Of a stretch of 64,000 bases of DNA, positions 29,679 to 38,881 are shown piece after piece; within the stretch, counting starts at the first letter, position 1, and each line of letters starts with the position of its first letter. The translations under genes and the position numbers were made by a program. The DNA comes from Promethearchaeota archaeon. Lineage in GTDB: Archaea > Asgardarchaeota > Hermodarchaeia > Hermodarchaeales > Hermodarchaeaceae. Location: the NCBI GenBank assembly GCA_048938385.1, contig JBHLMG010000001.1, forward strand, positions 269,044-333,043, in the 5' to 3' direction. Below the pieces are notes generated by a model. That model did not search any database. It was not told where the DNA came from and saw only the letters and a program-made list of their open reading frames with translations.

Positions 29679-30437
29679 CTAGAAACCTAGGTGTTGAATA
29701 ACCTCATTGACACCCTGATCATTGCGAATGCTCGTTCGCAACACAACTAGATCAGGATTAATTTTCTTTGCGTCTTCTTCTAATAGATCCACATTAACTT
29801 CCATGATTTGAGCTAGATCTATTTTATTGATGACGAGTACATCAGCTTCGTGAAACATTACAGGGTGTTTTTGAATCATCCAGGGACCTTCTGTCACACT
29901 AACAACTACCAGACGCAAATGACTCCCTAAAGGAAAGTCAGCGGGACAAATGAGGTTTCCTACATTCTCAATGATAATGATTTTAGTTGATTCCAAGTCA
30001 ACTGCCTCGAGGGCTTTTCGAATTAACTTCGCATCCAAGTGACATTCAACACCCGTATTCACTTGAATTGTACGAACCCCATGTTGAGCGACACGATCCG
30101 CATCAATGGTAGTTGTAACATCTCCAGCGATAACCACAATCTGATCTCGGCGATTTGCTAATTTTTGAATAATTGCCTCAACTAGTGAGGTTTTACCTGA
30201 ACCAACGCTTCCAAGGATATTGATAGTCCGAATACCGTGTTTTTCGAATAAGGATAAATTATCTTCAGCAAGTCTTCGGTTTCTAGCCATGAAATTCTCT
30301 TCTAAAGGGATTTGAACAGATTCGGTATTAGGAGGAAGATGGGCTGCATGGTGATGTCCGTGGCTATGATCGTGATGGTGTTCCCCTTCATCAGGGGTAA
30401 TGATGACTTGTTTTTTCTTATCTCTTACTGGCGACAC
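29679..30437 (-). CDS. hypB: Hydrogenase nickel incorporation GTPase
   Basis: His-rich N-terminus, GSVGSGKT, ECHLDA, ENVGNLICPA, NKID. Confidence 0.95.
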   Translation of the reverse strand: MSPVRDKKKQVIITPDEGEHHHDHSHGHHHAAHLPPNTESVQIPLEENFMARNRRLAEDNLSLFEKHGIRTINILGSVGSGKTSLVEAIIQKLANRRDQIVVIAGDVTTTIDADRVAQHGVRTIQVNTGVECHLDAKLIRKALEAVDLESTKIIIIENVGNLICPADFPLGSHLRLVVVSVTEGPWMIQKHPVMFHEADVLVINKIDLAQIMEVNVDLLEEDAKKINPDLVVLRTSIRNDQGVNEVIQHLGF

Positions 30438-30572
30438 TGAATAACCTCCACTTTCCTGCTGTATCCCTTGATTTCGCGTTTTTCAATCATTCCATCGTTC
30501 TAGATGTAGTATACATCAAGATGGTCACTCAGAACTATAGGGAAATATATAGAACTTGTGCCATAGTACAGG

Positions 30573-31382
30573 TTGGTTGGAGGAATTTTGGTGCAGGCAC
30601 TTCATATTACTGAAACCCGAGCGATTGTACCAGTTACTCGAAAGCTAACGGAAATACGGTTTTCTCTTGAGGATTTAATTGGGTCAGCTGCCTCAGTTGA
30701 AGACGAGCCATCGGGAAGTTCGCGAAGACGACTGAGCAATCGTCGGATTGGACAGTTGTTGCCTAACGCGGTCTTACAATGCCAAAAAGCGTCGTCTGAA
30801 TTCATTGAATTGAATCTCACCTACGATCGCACAATTAAAATCCCTGTAGGCAGGCCTCGCGAATTCCGGTATCAGGTCCAAACTTATACAGTGACTTCAG
30901 AAATTTTGTGGCGCCCTGAGACAGGCTTCTGTTTCATCATGGATCTACCACGAAGTGCTGTCAAAGCTACGACTTGGATGTTATCTTCTGCAGTGCTAGG
31001 GTATCCTGGTCGGTTGTCGAGTCTTGACATCGGTCGAACTCAGATGCGAAAAGTAATCAGTTTTATCACCGCCAAGACCAAAGGCGGACCTGGGGAGCTC
31101 CTTCGTGCGATATTTCGGAATGTTGAACTCGATGGTAACTACTTAGATGAAGTAAGTCTTCGAGCTCGTGACCTTAACAAAGCTGATTTGTACAAAGATG
31201 TTCAGCAAAATGCTGGAAGTATTCATGCGGTGAGTTTCGCCACACCAATAATACCTGGCATCGATCGTCCCCTTGCCTGTCGGATGGATTCATCGGGCTC
31301 TGTGTTGGTGTATTCTCAGCGGCTGCAAAGTGATGCACTTCGAGCCTTTCTGTTATGGCTGGAAGAAATGCTTGCGAAGTAA
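30573..31382 (+). CDS. Hypothetical alpha/beta protein
   Basis: 269-aa ORF; GGAGG SD suggests start at GTG 30591. Confidence 0.75.
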   Translation: MVGGILVQALHITETRAIVPVTRKLTEIRFSLEDLIGSAASVEDEPSGSSRRRLSNRRIGQLLPNAVLQCQKASSEFIELNLTYDRTIKIPVGRPREFRYQVQTYTVTSEILWRPETGFCFIMDLPRSAVKATTWMLSSAVLGYPGRLSSLDIGRTQMRKVISFITAKTKGGPGELLRAIFRNVELDGNYLDEVSLRARDLNKADLYKDVQQNAGSIHAVSFATPIIPGIDRPLACRMDSSGSVLVYSQRLQSDALRAFLLWLEEMLAK

Positions 31383-31474
31383 TCCAAACCTACTAGTATG
31401 ATTATCTAGTTTCCACTAAGCTTATTTGTGCTTGTTCAGAGGTAAGGGGAATCAGTACCCGAGGGACCAAGTTC

Positions 31475-32362
31475 ATGGTTATCGTCACAAGTGGAAGCCC
31501 GTCTAAGACGCTAGCTTGGAGAGTGGCTGAAAAACTTTCAGCAGCTTATCTTGATACAGATGTTAAACATTTTCCAGATGGTGAAATCTATGTTCGTTTT
31601 CTTGGAGAAGTAAAAGACGAAGAAGTCATTGTTGTCCAATCGTTAAGTCACCAACCAAACCATTATCTCATAGAACTCTTCTTTATGCTTGATGCACTAA
31701 AGGACTTGAAAGCTAAACGCGTTGTTGCGGTCTTACCCTACTTTGCCTACGCTCGTCAAGATGAACGATTCAAACCAGGAGAGGCTATTAGTTTAAAGAC
31801 GGTGAGCCGTTTAATTGAGGAAGCCGGTGCAGACCATATCTTTACAATAGATTCTCATCGTCACCGAGTTTTGGATCAAGATGAGCTTACGACAGTACCT
31901 CTTCAAGATTTGACTGCTATGGCTGAACTAGCTAACTATGTGGCAACCAAATACAAAATGGACAATCCTGCAGTAATTGGGCCTGACGCTGAAGCAGGTG
32001 CTTGGGCAAAAATAGCTGCAGACACTCTCTCCGTAGAGTATGATGCTCTCGAGAAAAAGCGATACGATGCTGAAACTGTTGAAATCAAACCCCGTCATCT
32101 CGATCTAAAGGATCGTGATGTACTCATCGTAGATGATATAATTAGTACAGGGAACACCATAATCAAAGCCATTGAAGTCTTGAAAAGGAACGGTGCAAAG
32201 AATATCTATGTTGCCTGCACTCATCCACTTCTCGTTCTTAATGCTCTTGTAAGAATATACCAGGCAGGTGCCCTTGATGTTATCGGTACAGATACAGTTC
32301 AATCCGCTATCAGTTATGTTTCCGTTGCACCTGTGATAGCTGAAGCCATAAAGAAAATCTAA
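31475..32362 (+). CDS. prs: Ribose-phosphate pyrophosphokinase
   Basis: FPDGE, PYFAYARQD, IVDDIISTGNT, CTH. Confidence 0.96.
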   Translation: MVIVTSGSPSKTLAWRVAEKLSAAYLDTDVKHFPDGEIYVRFLGEVKDEEVIVVQSLSHQPNHYLIELFFMLDALKDLKAKRVVAVLPYFAYARQDERFKPGEAISLKTVSRLIEEAGADHIFTIDSHRHRVLDQDELTTVPLQDLTAMAELANYVATKYKMDNPAVIGPDAEAGAWAKIAADTLSVEYDALEKKRYDAETVEIKPRHLDLKDRDVLIVDDIISTGNTIIKAIEVLKRNGAKNIYVACTHPLLVLNALVRIYQAGALDVIGTDTVQSAISYVSVAPVIAEAIKKI

Positions 32363-32380
32363 TTTCAGGAGAAATCAAAT

Positions 32381-32629
32381 ATGCCTTTAGAGCCTCGCAA
32401 ACATTGGAAAGCCCTTAAGTGTCCTATCTGCGGTGAAAAAGCGGTCTTCTTCGTTACAATGGATGCGGTTAAAGATGCTAACCAATATCCGGTACCCTTT
32501 GAAGTCATTCATAACGACCACAAATTCATGATCTATCTCGATTCAGGGCTACTCATTAGCCGAATCGAAGAACCTCCACAACCTCTTCCAACTAAGAAGA
32601 GCAAGTCTAAAAGCAAAAAGGCTAAATAA
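32381..32629 (+). CDS. Small putative Zn-binding protein with Lys-rich tail
   Basis: CPIC...HNDH motif; AGGAG SD. Confidence 0.65.
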   Translation: MPLEPRKHWKALKCPICGEKAVFFVTMDAVKDANQYPVPFEVIHNDHKFMIYLDSGLLISRIEEPPQPLPTKKSKSKSKKAK

Positions 32630-32653
32630 GTTGCTTAAACCATTCAGGGCGGA

Positions 32654-32777
32654 AGCCCGGTAGTGTAGGTTCCTACAAAAGGGGGCACAGTGGTCAATCA
32701 TCCGAGGCTCTGGATTCGCGCTGGTGACGCGAAGGAGATACCTTGGGACCGCGGTTCGAATCCGCGCCGGGCTACCA
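32654..32777 (+). tRNA. tRNA-Gln(CTG) with two introns: 32669-32690 (15/16) and 32714-32739 (37/38); encoded CCA
   Basis: Acceptor AGCCCGG/CCGGGCT+A+CCA; T-arm CGCGG-TTCGAAT-CCGCG; anticodon stem CGAGG/CCTTG with CTG at 32710-32712; both inserts form bulge-helix splice motifs. Confidence 0.93.
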
Positions 32778-32801
32778 CGCTTATTTCCTTTTCACTGAAG
32801 G

Positions 32802-33350
32802 TTATCGATCGAAGAATGGACTCTTTCCAATGGCGGCTAGGGGAATACCTATTATGATCGTGCAGTCAGGCATTAATTTAAGGCGATACGCTCCAACACC
32901 AGCACGAAAGAAAACCCGATTATCAACATTGTGAATCTGTGCGGTCTTCACTGCGCTGCCGATTGCTATACCCAAATCAATGGCTTTGATGGTACAATTG
33001 GGACCTGCAAAAAACCGCCCCTCCCTACGGCCAGAGCTGAGCATTTCATTGCAGTTTTTATAACCGCAAGCACCACATTGGGTGCCAAGGGCTTTGGGTC
33101 CTTTCAAGCCAATCAGAACTAATGCTGTTGCTTGTTCGATATTTATCGCATCACGAGTCCAATGTTCACCGGCTTCTTTTGCAAGAATGTGCATTTCCTT
33201 TGCGACAGTATCCTTCTCTTTACCGGTTAATATCAGGGCTTCAATGTCATCGATACCTTTGCCTTTTGGTGCAGTTCGAATCGCAAGTAGCATGAGCCGG
33301 GCTACCTCAAGAACAGCCTTGGCTTCTTCTTCTGGGCCACTAATTCGCAT
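32802..33350 (-). CDS. DUF2148 ferredoxin-like domain protein
   Basis: AIRTAPKGKG, CGACGY..C, DLGIAIGSA, DNR, GKSPFFDR. Confidence 0.88.
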   Translation of the reverse strand: MRISGPEEEAKAVLEVARLMLLAIRTAPKGKGIDDIEALILTGKEKDTVAKEMHILAKEAGEHWTRDAINIEQATALVLIGLKGPKALGTQCGACGYKNCNEMLSSGRREGRFFAGPNCTIKAIDLGIAIGSAVKTAQIHNVDNRVFFRAGVGAYRLKLMPDCTIIIGIPLAAIGKSPFFDR

Positions 33351-33541
33351 AGAACCACCAATCACTCCATATCTATCTGGAATTTTAGTTTTTACTATGA
33401 ACTGCATTCTTTTGCCTTTGACCCGGTTATTCGTGATTCAAGGAGTTCACTTTTTAGAAACCCAAAAGGCTAATTTTATTGGAGATATAGGCTAATCAAC
33501 AAGACATCCTGTAATTTCCTGGTTTTAAACTGAGGTAAGCC

Positions 33542-34540
33542 ATGTTGGCGTCTATTCGTGTTTCGGTCGGTACTGCGGCGGTACTGAAACTTCTACATTG
33601 TAAACAAGATGCTTTACCCACAACTGCCTACACAATGATATATTCACCCAAACGCTGTACTGCTAATTGCGCCTTTTGCGCACAGGCCCGTCAGAGCACT
33701 GCCAAAGCTAATCGCCTCTCTCGAATCGCTTGGCCTGACTTTCCAGTATCAAAATTTATTGATGGATACAAGGCGAATCAACATGAACTACCTTTTCAAC
33801 GCATCTGCATCCAAACAATTTACTATACACAGTTAATCGAAGACCTCGGAAATCTAGTTCAGACCTTTCGAAGCTTCCTTCCTCAGCTCCCTCTTTCCCT
33901 GGCTCTCCCTCCCTTGACTAGACACCAGTTTCAATACTTATACGATTTGGGAGTGGAGCGTGTTGCGGTGGCGTTGGATGCTGCCACTCACGAACTATTT
34001 CATAACATTAAGGGCCCAGGAGTAAACGGTCCGTTCTCGTGGGATAAACATAACCACGCCCTTGAAACCGCTCTTTCAATTTTTGGAAGATACCGAACTA
34101 CTACCCATCTAATCATAGGACTTGGAGAAACTGAGTTTCAAACAATTAACCTACTTCAAGATTTGACTGATAAAGGCATAAATGTGGGCCTTTTTCCTTT
34201 TACACCAATTACAGGAACAGTTCTTGAGCATAGACCCCGCCCGTCTCTAACCCAGTATCGGCGCATACAAATTGCGTACTATCTCATCCGAAATCGGATC
34301 TCTAGTGGTAGCCAAATGGAATTTAATCGATCAAGACGCCAACTCACTGGATTCGGAATTTCAAACGAGCTTCTCGATGAAATTATTTCACGAGAGACGG
34401 TGTTTCAGACAACGGGATGTCCATCTTGTAACCGCCCGTTCTTCACAGAGGAACCGAGAGGTCCCCTTTATAACTATCCACAAGCCCCCTCTGCCTCAGC
34501 GCTAAATGAAATTCGAAACCAGCTAGGAGGAATTCATTAG
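33542..34540 (+). CDS. lipS2: Archaeal lipoyl synthase subunit LipS2 (radical SAM)
   Basis: CTANCAFC and TTGCPSCNRP (TxGCPxCNRP LipS2 motif); adjacent to lipoate ligase. Confidence 0.85.
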   Translation: MLASIRVSVGTAAVLKLLHCKQDALPTTAYTMIYSPKRCTANCAFCAQARQSTAKANRLSRIAWPDFPVSKFIDGYKANQHELPFQRICIQTIYYTQLIEDLGNLVQTFRSFLPQLPLSLALPPLTRHQFQYLYDLGVERVAVALDAATHELFHNIKGPGVNGPFSWDKHNHALETALSIFGRYRTTTHLIIGLGETEFQTINLLQDLTDKGINVGLFPFTPITGTVLEHRPRPSLTQYRRIQIAYYLIRNRISSGSQMEFNRSRRQLTGFGISNELLDEIISRETVFQTTGCPSCNRPFFTEEPRGPLYNYPQAPSASALNEIRNQLGGIH

Positions 34541-34543
34541 GCT

Positions 34544-35341
34544 ATGACACAACTTTGGCGACTTATTCGGACTGGAATATTCAATGCCTATGAAAACATG
34601 GCTATTGATCATGTTCTGCTCGATGGTCTGCACAAAGATACAGCTGCGAATACTGTACGATTTTATCGATGGAACCCCTCAGCCGTCTCTATCGGAAGAT
34701 TCCAACATCTTGAAGACGAAGTCAATGTAGAGGCTTGTCGCAAGTTGAACATTGATATTGTTCGACGCATCTCAAGCGGTGGTGCAGTATATCATGACTT
34801 TGAGGGTGAACTAACCTACAGCATAATCTGCCGTACTGATGAAACCAATTTACCCACGGATGTGATTGAGACATACCAACACATTTGCGCCGGCCTTCTT
34901 AAAGCGCTTAATCGATTGGGAGTCCACGGAAAATTTTCTCATGGCTCAGAAAGACTTTGTCCTAATATTTTCGTAAAGAAACGGAAGATTTCAGGTAATG
35001 CTCAATCTCGCCGAGGGAACACTCTTTTGCAACACGGTACTATTCTTCGCTCACTGGACTTGAGCAAAATGTTCACAGTCTTGAAAGTCAACAAGGGCCA
35101 AGCCGATGAGGCGTTCATCCAACAAGCAGCACAGAAATTGACATCACTACATCACGAGCTAGAAAAGACACCAGCTTTTGGACAAATCGAGGAAGCCTTA
35201 GTAGACGGTTTAGGTGCAGCACTCCCTGCCCGATTCTATGAAGAGGGATTGACCGATGCTGAATTACAATCTGCTAGGCATTTAGCCACCTCATGGTATG
35301 CTTCCCCTGAATGGTCCTATCAACGAGGCTTCAAACATTGA
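34544..35341 (+). CDS. lplA: Lipoate/octanoate-protein ligase A family
   Basis: NMAID, VRRISSGGAVYHD, KISGNAQ, QHGT. Confidence 0.92.
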   Translation: MTQLWRLIRTGIFNAYENMAIDHVLLDGLHKDTAANTVRFYRWNPSAVSIGRFQHLEDEVNVEACRKLNIDIVRRISSGGAVYHDFEGELTYSIICRTDETNLPTDVIETYQHICAGLLKALNRLGVHGKFSHGSERLCPNIFVKKRKISGNAQSRRGNTLLQHGTILRSLDLSKMFTVLKVNKGQADEAFIQQAAQKLTSLHHELEKTPAFGQIEEALVDGLGAALPARFYEEGLTDAELQSARHLATSWYASPEWSYQRGFKH

Positions 35342-36297
35342 CCCTTTCATCCATCACTTCATCAGTCTTGGGGGCTTGGTTTAAAGCACCTGCTTCTAAA
35401 CTGGATGAACTGTTCTTAGAGGCTCAACGAATCACTGACCATACATTCAAGCGACAAATTACCCTCTACAAACCAGGAAGCGCGTTCCCTTCCATCTCGA
35501 TAACCGGAAAACAGTGCCAACTCCGCTGTCAACACTGTAGTGGTCATTTCCTCGAGCACATGCACGCAATAACTCGTCCCCAGGATCTTTTGCATTTTTG
35601 TCAACAGCTTGCTGAAGAAGGAGGCATCGGTTGCCTTATCAGTGGAGGATGTGGCTCCGATGGGACCCTTCCACTCGACCCCTTTCTTCCTGTGCTGTCT
35701 GAAATTAAACAAACAACAAACCTGATTCTCAATGTACATACAGGATTTCTCAACCGAACCCAAGCCAGCCAGTTAGCCCAAACAGGCATTGATTGCGCTT
35801 CGGTTGATGTCGTAGGAAACGATACAACTATTCACACAATTTACGGTCTAACGAATCGATCAACCCTAGAGTACGCTATCACACTTGAAGCTCTCAAAAC
35901 TATGAAAATACCAGTAGCCCCGCACATTTGTGTGGGTTTGCACCATGGCCGCCTTCTCGGGGAACTGAACGCGCTTCAAATGATTCACTCAATAGTGAAG
36001 CCTAAGTTACTTGTAATAATTGCATTTATGCCTACGCAAGGTACACCTATGGTGAATGATCCGCCAGCTCGCCCTACGGATGTAGCGAAGGTATGTGCAC
36101 TTGCCCGCCTACTCTTTCCGAAATCCGAGATCGCCCTAGGTTGTATGCGCCCAAGAGGGGCGATTCGAGAAAAAATGGAAGAACTAGCCATTCGCGCGGG
36201 AGCTACACGATTAGTTCAACCCACTAAGGCTTCACTGCATTACTTACAGCAGCATGGCTACTCACTAAAGACAGAAACAGCCTGTTGCATTGTGTAA
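35311..36297 (+). CDS. lipS1: Archaeal lipoyl synthase subunit LipS1 (radical SAM)
   Basis: CQLRCQHC, LISGG, GCMRP and C-terminal CC motifs; start uncertain. Confidence 0.85.
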   Translation: MVLSTRLQTLTLSSITSSVLGAWFKAPASKLDELFLEAQRITDHTFKRQITLYKPGSAFPSISITGKQCQLRCQHCSGHFLEHMHAITRPQDLLHFCQQLAEEGGIGCLISGGCGSDGTLPLDPFLPVLSEIKQTTNLILNVHTGFLNRTQASQLAQTGIDCASVDVVGNDTTIHTIYGLTNRSTLEYAITLEALKTMKIPVAPHICVGLHHGRLLGELNALQMIHSIVKPKLLVIIAFMPTQGTPMVNDPPARPTDVAKVCALARLLFPKSEIALGCMRPRGAIREKMEELAIRAGATRLVQPTKASLHYLQQHGYSLKTETACCIV

Positions 36298-36320
36298 TCC
36301 TGTGAATGAAAACGGAGCAA

Positions 36321-36941
36321 CTATTCCATCTGTTCTTTTGAGATTTTAACGCCCTTAGAGTCAATGACTGCAAGCTGAATTGTTCCGCCTGAAGCGATAT
36401 CACGTCTACGAGCCGCGTTTACAGCGCGTGTCACCAATTGTATTCCTTCTTCAATGGACATGTTATCGCGATACTCATCTTCAAGGACGCCATAAGCTAC
36501 AACGGATCCGCTACCCGTTGCAGTGAATTCATCTTCTTCAAGCATGCTTCCCAACGGATCGAGCATATAGACATGGCTTCCTTCGGCGTCTACTCCTCCG
36601 ACTATAAGCATTGCAATCAAAGGAAACATTCGGTTACGGAAAAGAATCGACGATGTAAGGCGAGAAATCGCCTTCACTGATAAATCACGTCCTTTCTCAA
36701 GAGCTTCTAACTTAGCGATTGCGCGAATGTTGTTAATCAATTGTTGGGCGTCTGCTACGGAGCCTGAGATAGTCATTGCTACATTATCTGTAATCTGTAA
36801 AATTTTCGGTGCTGTGTCACTGGCAACAAGGTAGCCCATAGTTGCTTGACTTTCTGTTCCAAGGATAACGCCTCCATTCACTTTCACTGCTACAGTAGTT
36901 GTATGTGACATTAACCGTTGATTATCTTTAGGTTCCATCAT
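36321..36941 (-). CDS. psmB: Proteasome subunit beta
   Basis: TTTVAV Ntn start, K33 in APKI, GSVADAQ, TGSGS, RDIASGG. Confidence 0.95.
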   Translation of the reverse strand: MMEPKDNQRLMSHTTTVAVKVNGGVILGTESQATMGYLVASDTAPKILQITDNVAMTISGSVADAQQLINNIRAIAKLEALEKGRDLSVKAISRLTSSILFRNRMFPLIAMLIVGGVDAEGSHVYMLDPLGSMLEEDEFTATGSGSVVAYGVLEDEYRDNMSIEEGIQLVTRAVNAARRRDIASGGTIQLAVIDSKGVKISKEQME

Positions 36942-37112
36942 TTCATCTTACCCGCAAATACAGCGTCTGTGCCCACGATTATTACTAACAATTTAAGTGT
37001 TCTTCTCTTTTCGATACCCGCTTTACATGCTGACTTCCTTGTAGTGAATACATTGGGTCAAAACATTTTTAGCCAAGACTCCTTTCGTCTCCTTTACTCG
37101 TTAAAAGGTGTT

Positions 37113-37817
37113 ATGACTTTGGCATTCCGACCTGAGATTCAAACCCCACAGACTGGTGAAATTCGTAGCGGACGAGGATTCAGTCTAAAAGAGCTTAAGG
37201 ATGCAGGTATAAGTCTAGCTGATGCACGCTGGATGGCTATCCCTATTGATAGTCGGAGAAAAACCAAGCACGAAAATAATGTGAATGCTCTCAAAGATTA
37301 TATTAAACGACTTAAAACTCTCAGGAAAGGAGCAAAGAAGCCTGTACCCAAACCCAAAGCTGAGAAGCCTGCTCCTGTTCCAACAAAACCCATAGAAACT
37401 GATCTCACCGATCTTTCTGGGGTTACTAAGAAACAAGCTGAAACTTTAGCTGCAGCGGGCATAACTAGCATTCGCACACTTTCCACAACGGCTCCACGCC
37501 GTTTAGTTCGACTAACCGATATCAAGCGAGATCGAGCAACGAAACTAATTGAGAGTGCAAAACGATATCAGCGTGAAAAGACTAAGGCCGTGCGTGAGAA
37601 AAAGGTAGAAGAACCTCAAATCACCGAGCTAAAACATCTCCCAGAAATTACACGCGGTGATATTAAACAGCTCAGGGAACTTGGAATTGAAACTCTAGAG
37701 GAACTCAAAACTGAGAACCCTCGAGACCTTTCACTCATCACCGCCATGCCAGAAACCCGTATCAAAGAATGGCAAAAGATCATTCGCGCAATTGAAAGGG
37801 AAACCAAAACTGATTAG
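37113..37817 (+). CDS. rpl13e: Ribosomal protein eL13 fused to two C-terminal helix-hairpin-helix modules
   Basis: RSGRGFSLKELKDAG...IDSRRKT.H..NV..L is the L13e motif; LTDLSGV...LAAAGI and LKHLPEI...LRELGI are HhH repeats; AAGGTG SD before ATG 37113. Confidence 0.85.
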   Translation: MTLAFRPEIQTPQTGEIRSGRGFSLKELKDAGISLADARWMAIPIDSRRKTKHENNVNALKDYIKRLKTLRKGAKKPVPKPKAEKPAPVPTKPIETDLTDLSGVTKKQAETLAAAGITSIRTLSTTAPRRLVRLTDIKRDRATKLIESAKRYQREKTKAVREKKVEEPQITELKHLPEITRGDIKQLRELGIETLEELKTENPRDLSLITAMPETRIKEWQKIIRAIERETKTD

Positions 37818-37838
37818 CCCAACGAAATACCTTCCATT

Positions 37839-38819
37839 CTATTTTAAGAAGGGCGTCCAAGGCCAAGACTGTTCTGTTGAGAACCATCCGAAGGCTTGAT
37901 AGAGAACAGCAATTGCTCCCTGGGGTGGAATCACCCCTTGTTCAGTAATAATGGCGTCAATGTATTCAGCGGGTGTTACATCAAAGGCAGGATTACGGAC
38001 GCTGACATGCTTCCATCGTGCAAGGATATCGGGCTCTGCAACTTCCTCGGTATCCCTTTCTTCGATTTCTACAAGTTCTCCTGCCATAGTTGCGGGGCTG
38101 AATTTGTAACTCTCTGCTGCTACATAGAAATCGACACGAGCCTCATCCGCTGCTAAAGCGACAGCACTGGTACCAATCTTGTTAACCACTGCTCCATTCG
38201 CTGTAACCGCATCGGCACCAACAAAAACCTTGTCTGCTTGATCCATAAGGTATCGCACTGAGTTATCCGTAATCAGAATGGATGGAATCCCCGCCTCATC
38301 GAGCCAAGTGGCTGTAATGTGACCTTGATATTTGGGGCGCGTTTCAGGTACATACACGGTAAATTCCTTTCCAAGGGAGTACGCCGTCTTAAGAACACCA
38401 AAGGCTGTAGCGCTATTGCAATAGGTAAAGATGATATCGCCGTTTACAATGAGCCGCGCACCTATTTCACCAATAGTTTTTACGGCATTATTTGACATTT
38501 CGAGGAATTCATTCCCTATCTTTAGCCCGGCGTCTTTCAATGCCTTTACAGTTCTAACTTGGTTCGATTTAGCTAAAAACCGCGAATAAAAGTAGCGTAA
38601 CCCATTTGGCAAAGATACAGCTGTAGGTCTTGTCTCATACAACAGTTGAGCCGCTTGTGCCACATCCTGAAGCAAGTGCTTTATCTGTTTGGCTTTTGAT
38701 TCCTGGGAAGCAATCATTAGTGCTTTAACAGCGGCTCGAGCTATTCGCCCTGCTCCTCGTGTTCGCATTGATCGTATGTTATTAGCAATTTTCATTGTTT
38801 CTTGAGGAAGAGTCGCCAT
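37839..38819 (-). CDS. Ribose-1,5-bisphosphate isomerase (eIF2B alpha/beta/delta family)
   Basis: RGAGRIA, TRPTAVSLPN, TYCNS (Cys), ETRP, GADAV (Asp), NKIGT, NPAFD. Confidence 0.9.
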   Translation of the reverse strand: MATLPQETMKIANNIRSMRTRGAGRIARAAVKALMIASQESKAKQIKHLLQDVAQAAQLLYETRPTAVSLPNGLRYFYSRFLAKSNQVRTVKALKDAGLKIGNEFLEMSNNAVKTIGEIGARLIVNGDIIFTYCNSATAFGVLKTAYSLGKEFTVYVPETRPKYQGHITATWLDEAGIPSILITDNSVRYLMDQADKVFVGADAVTANGAVVNKIGTSAVALAADEARVDFYVAAESYKFSPATMAGELVEIEERDTEEVAEPDILARWKHVSVRNPAFDVTPAEYIDAIITEQGVIPPQGAIAVLYQAFGWFSTEQSWPWTPFLK

Positions 38820-38881
38820 CGTCGTCGCCGAGGCATTTAATACTATAACAGGGTATTAATGCTCTCATAGAGGGGCTATCA

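Noticed and set aside
21671-30437. Hydrogenase maturation cluster (HypE-like + HypB)
   Set aside because: Genes are 7 kb apart, and the AIR-synthase protein lacks the C-terminal PRIC Cys motif of HypE
32743-32934. 63-aa ORF
   Set aside because: Overlaps the tRNA 3' half and is antisense to the DUF2148 gene
36918-37112. 65-aa N-terminal extension of the eL13 ORF
   Set aside because: Overlaps the psmB start and promoter; ATG 37113 has an SD
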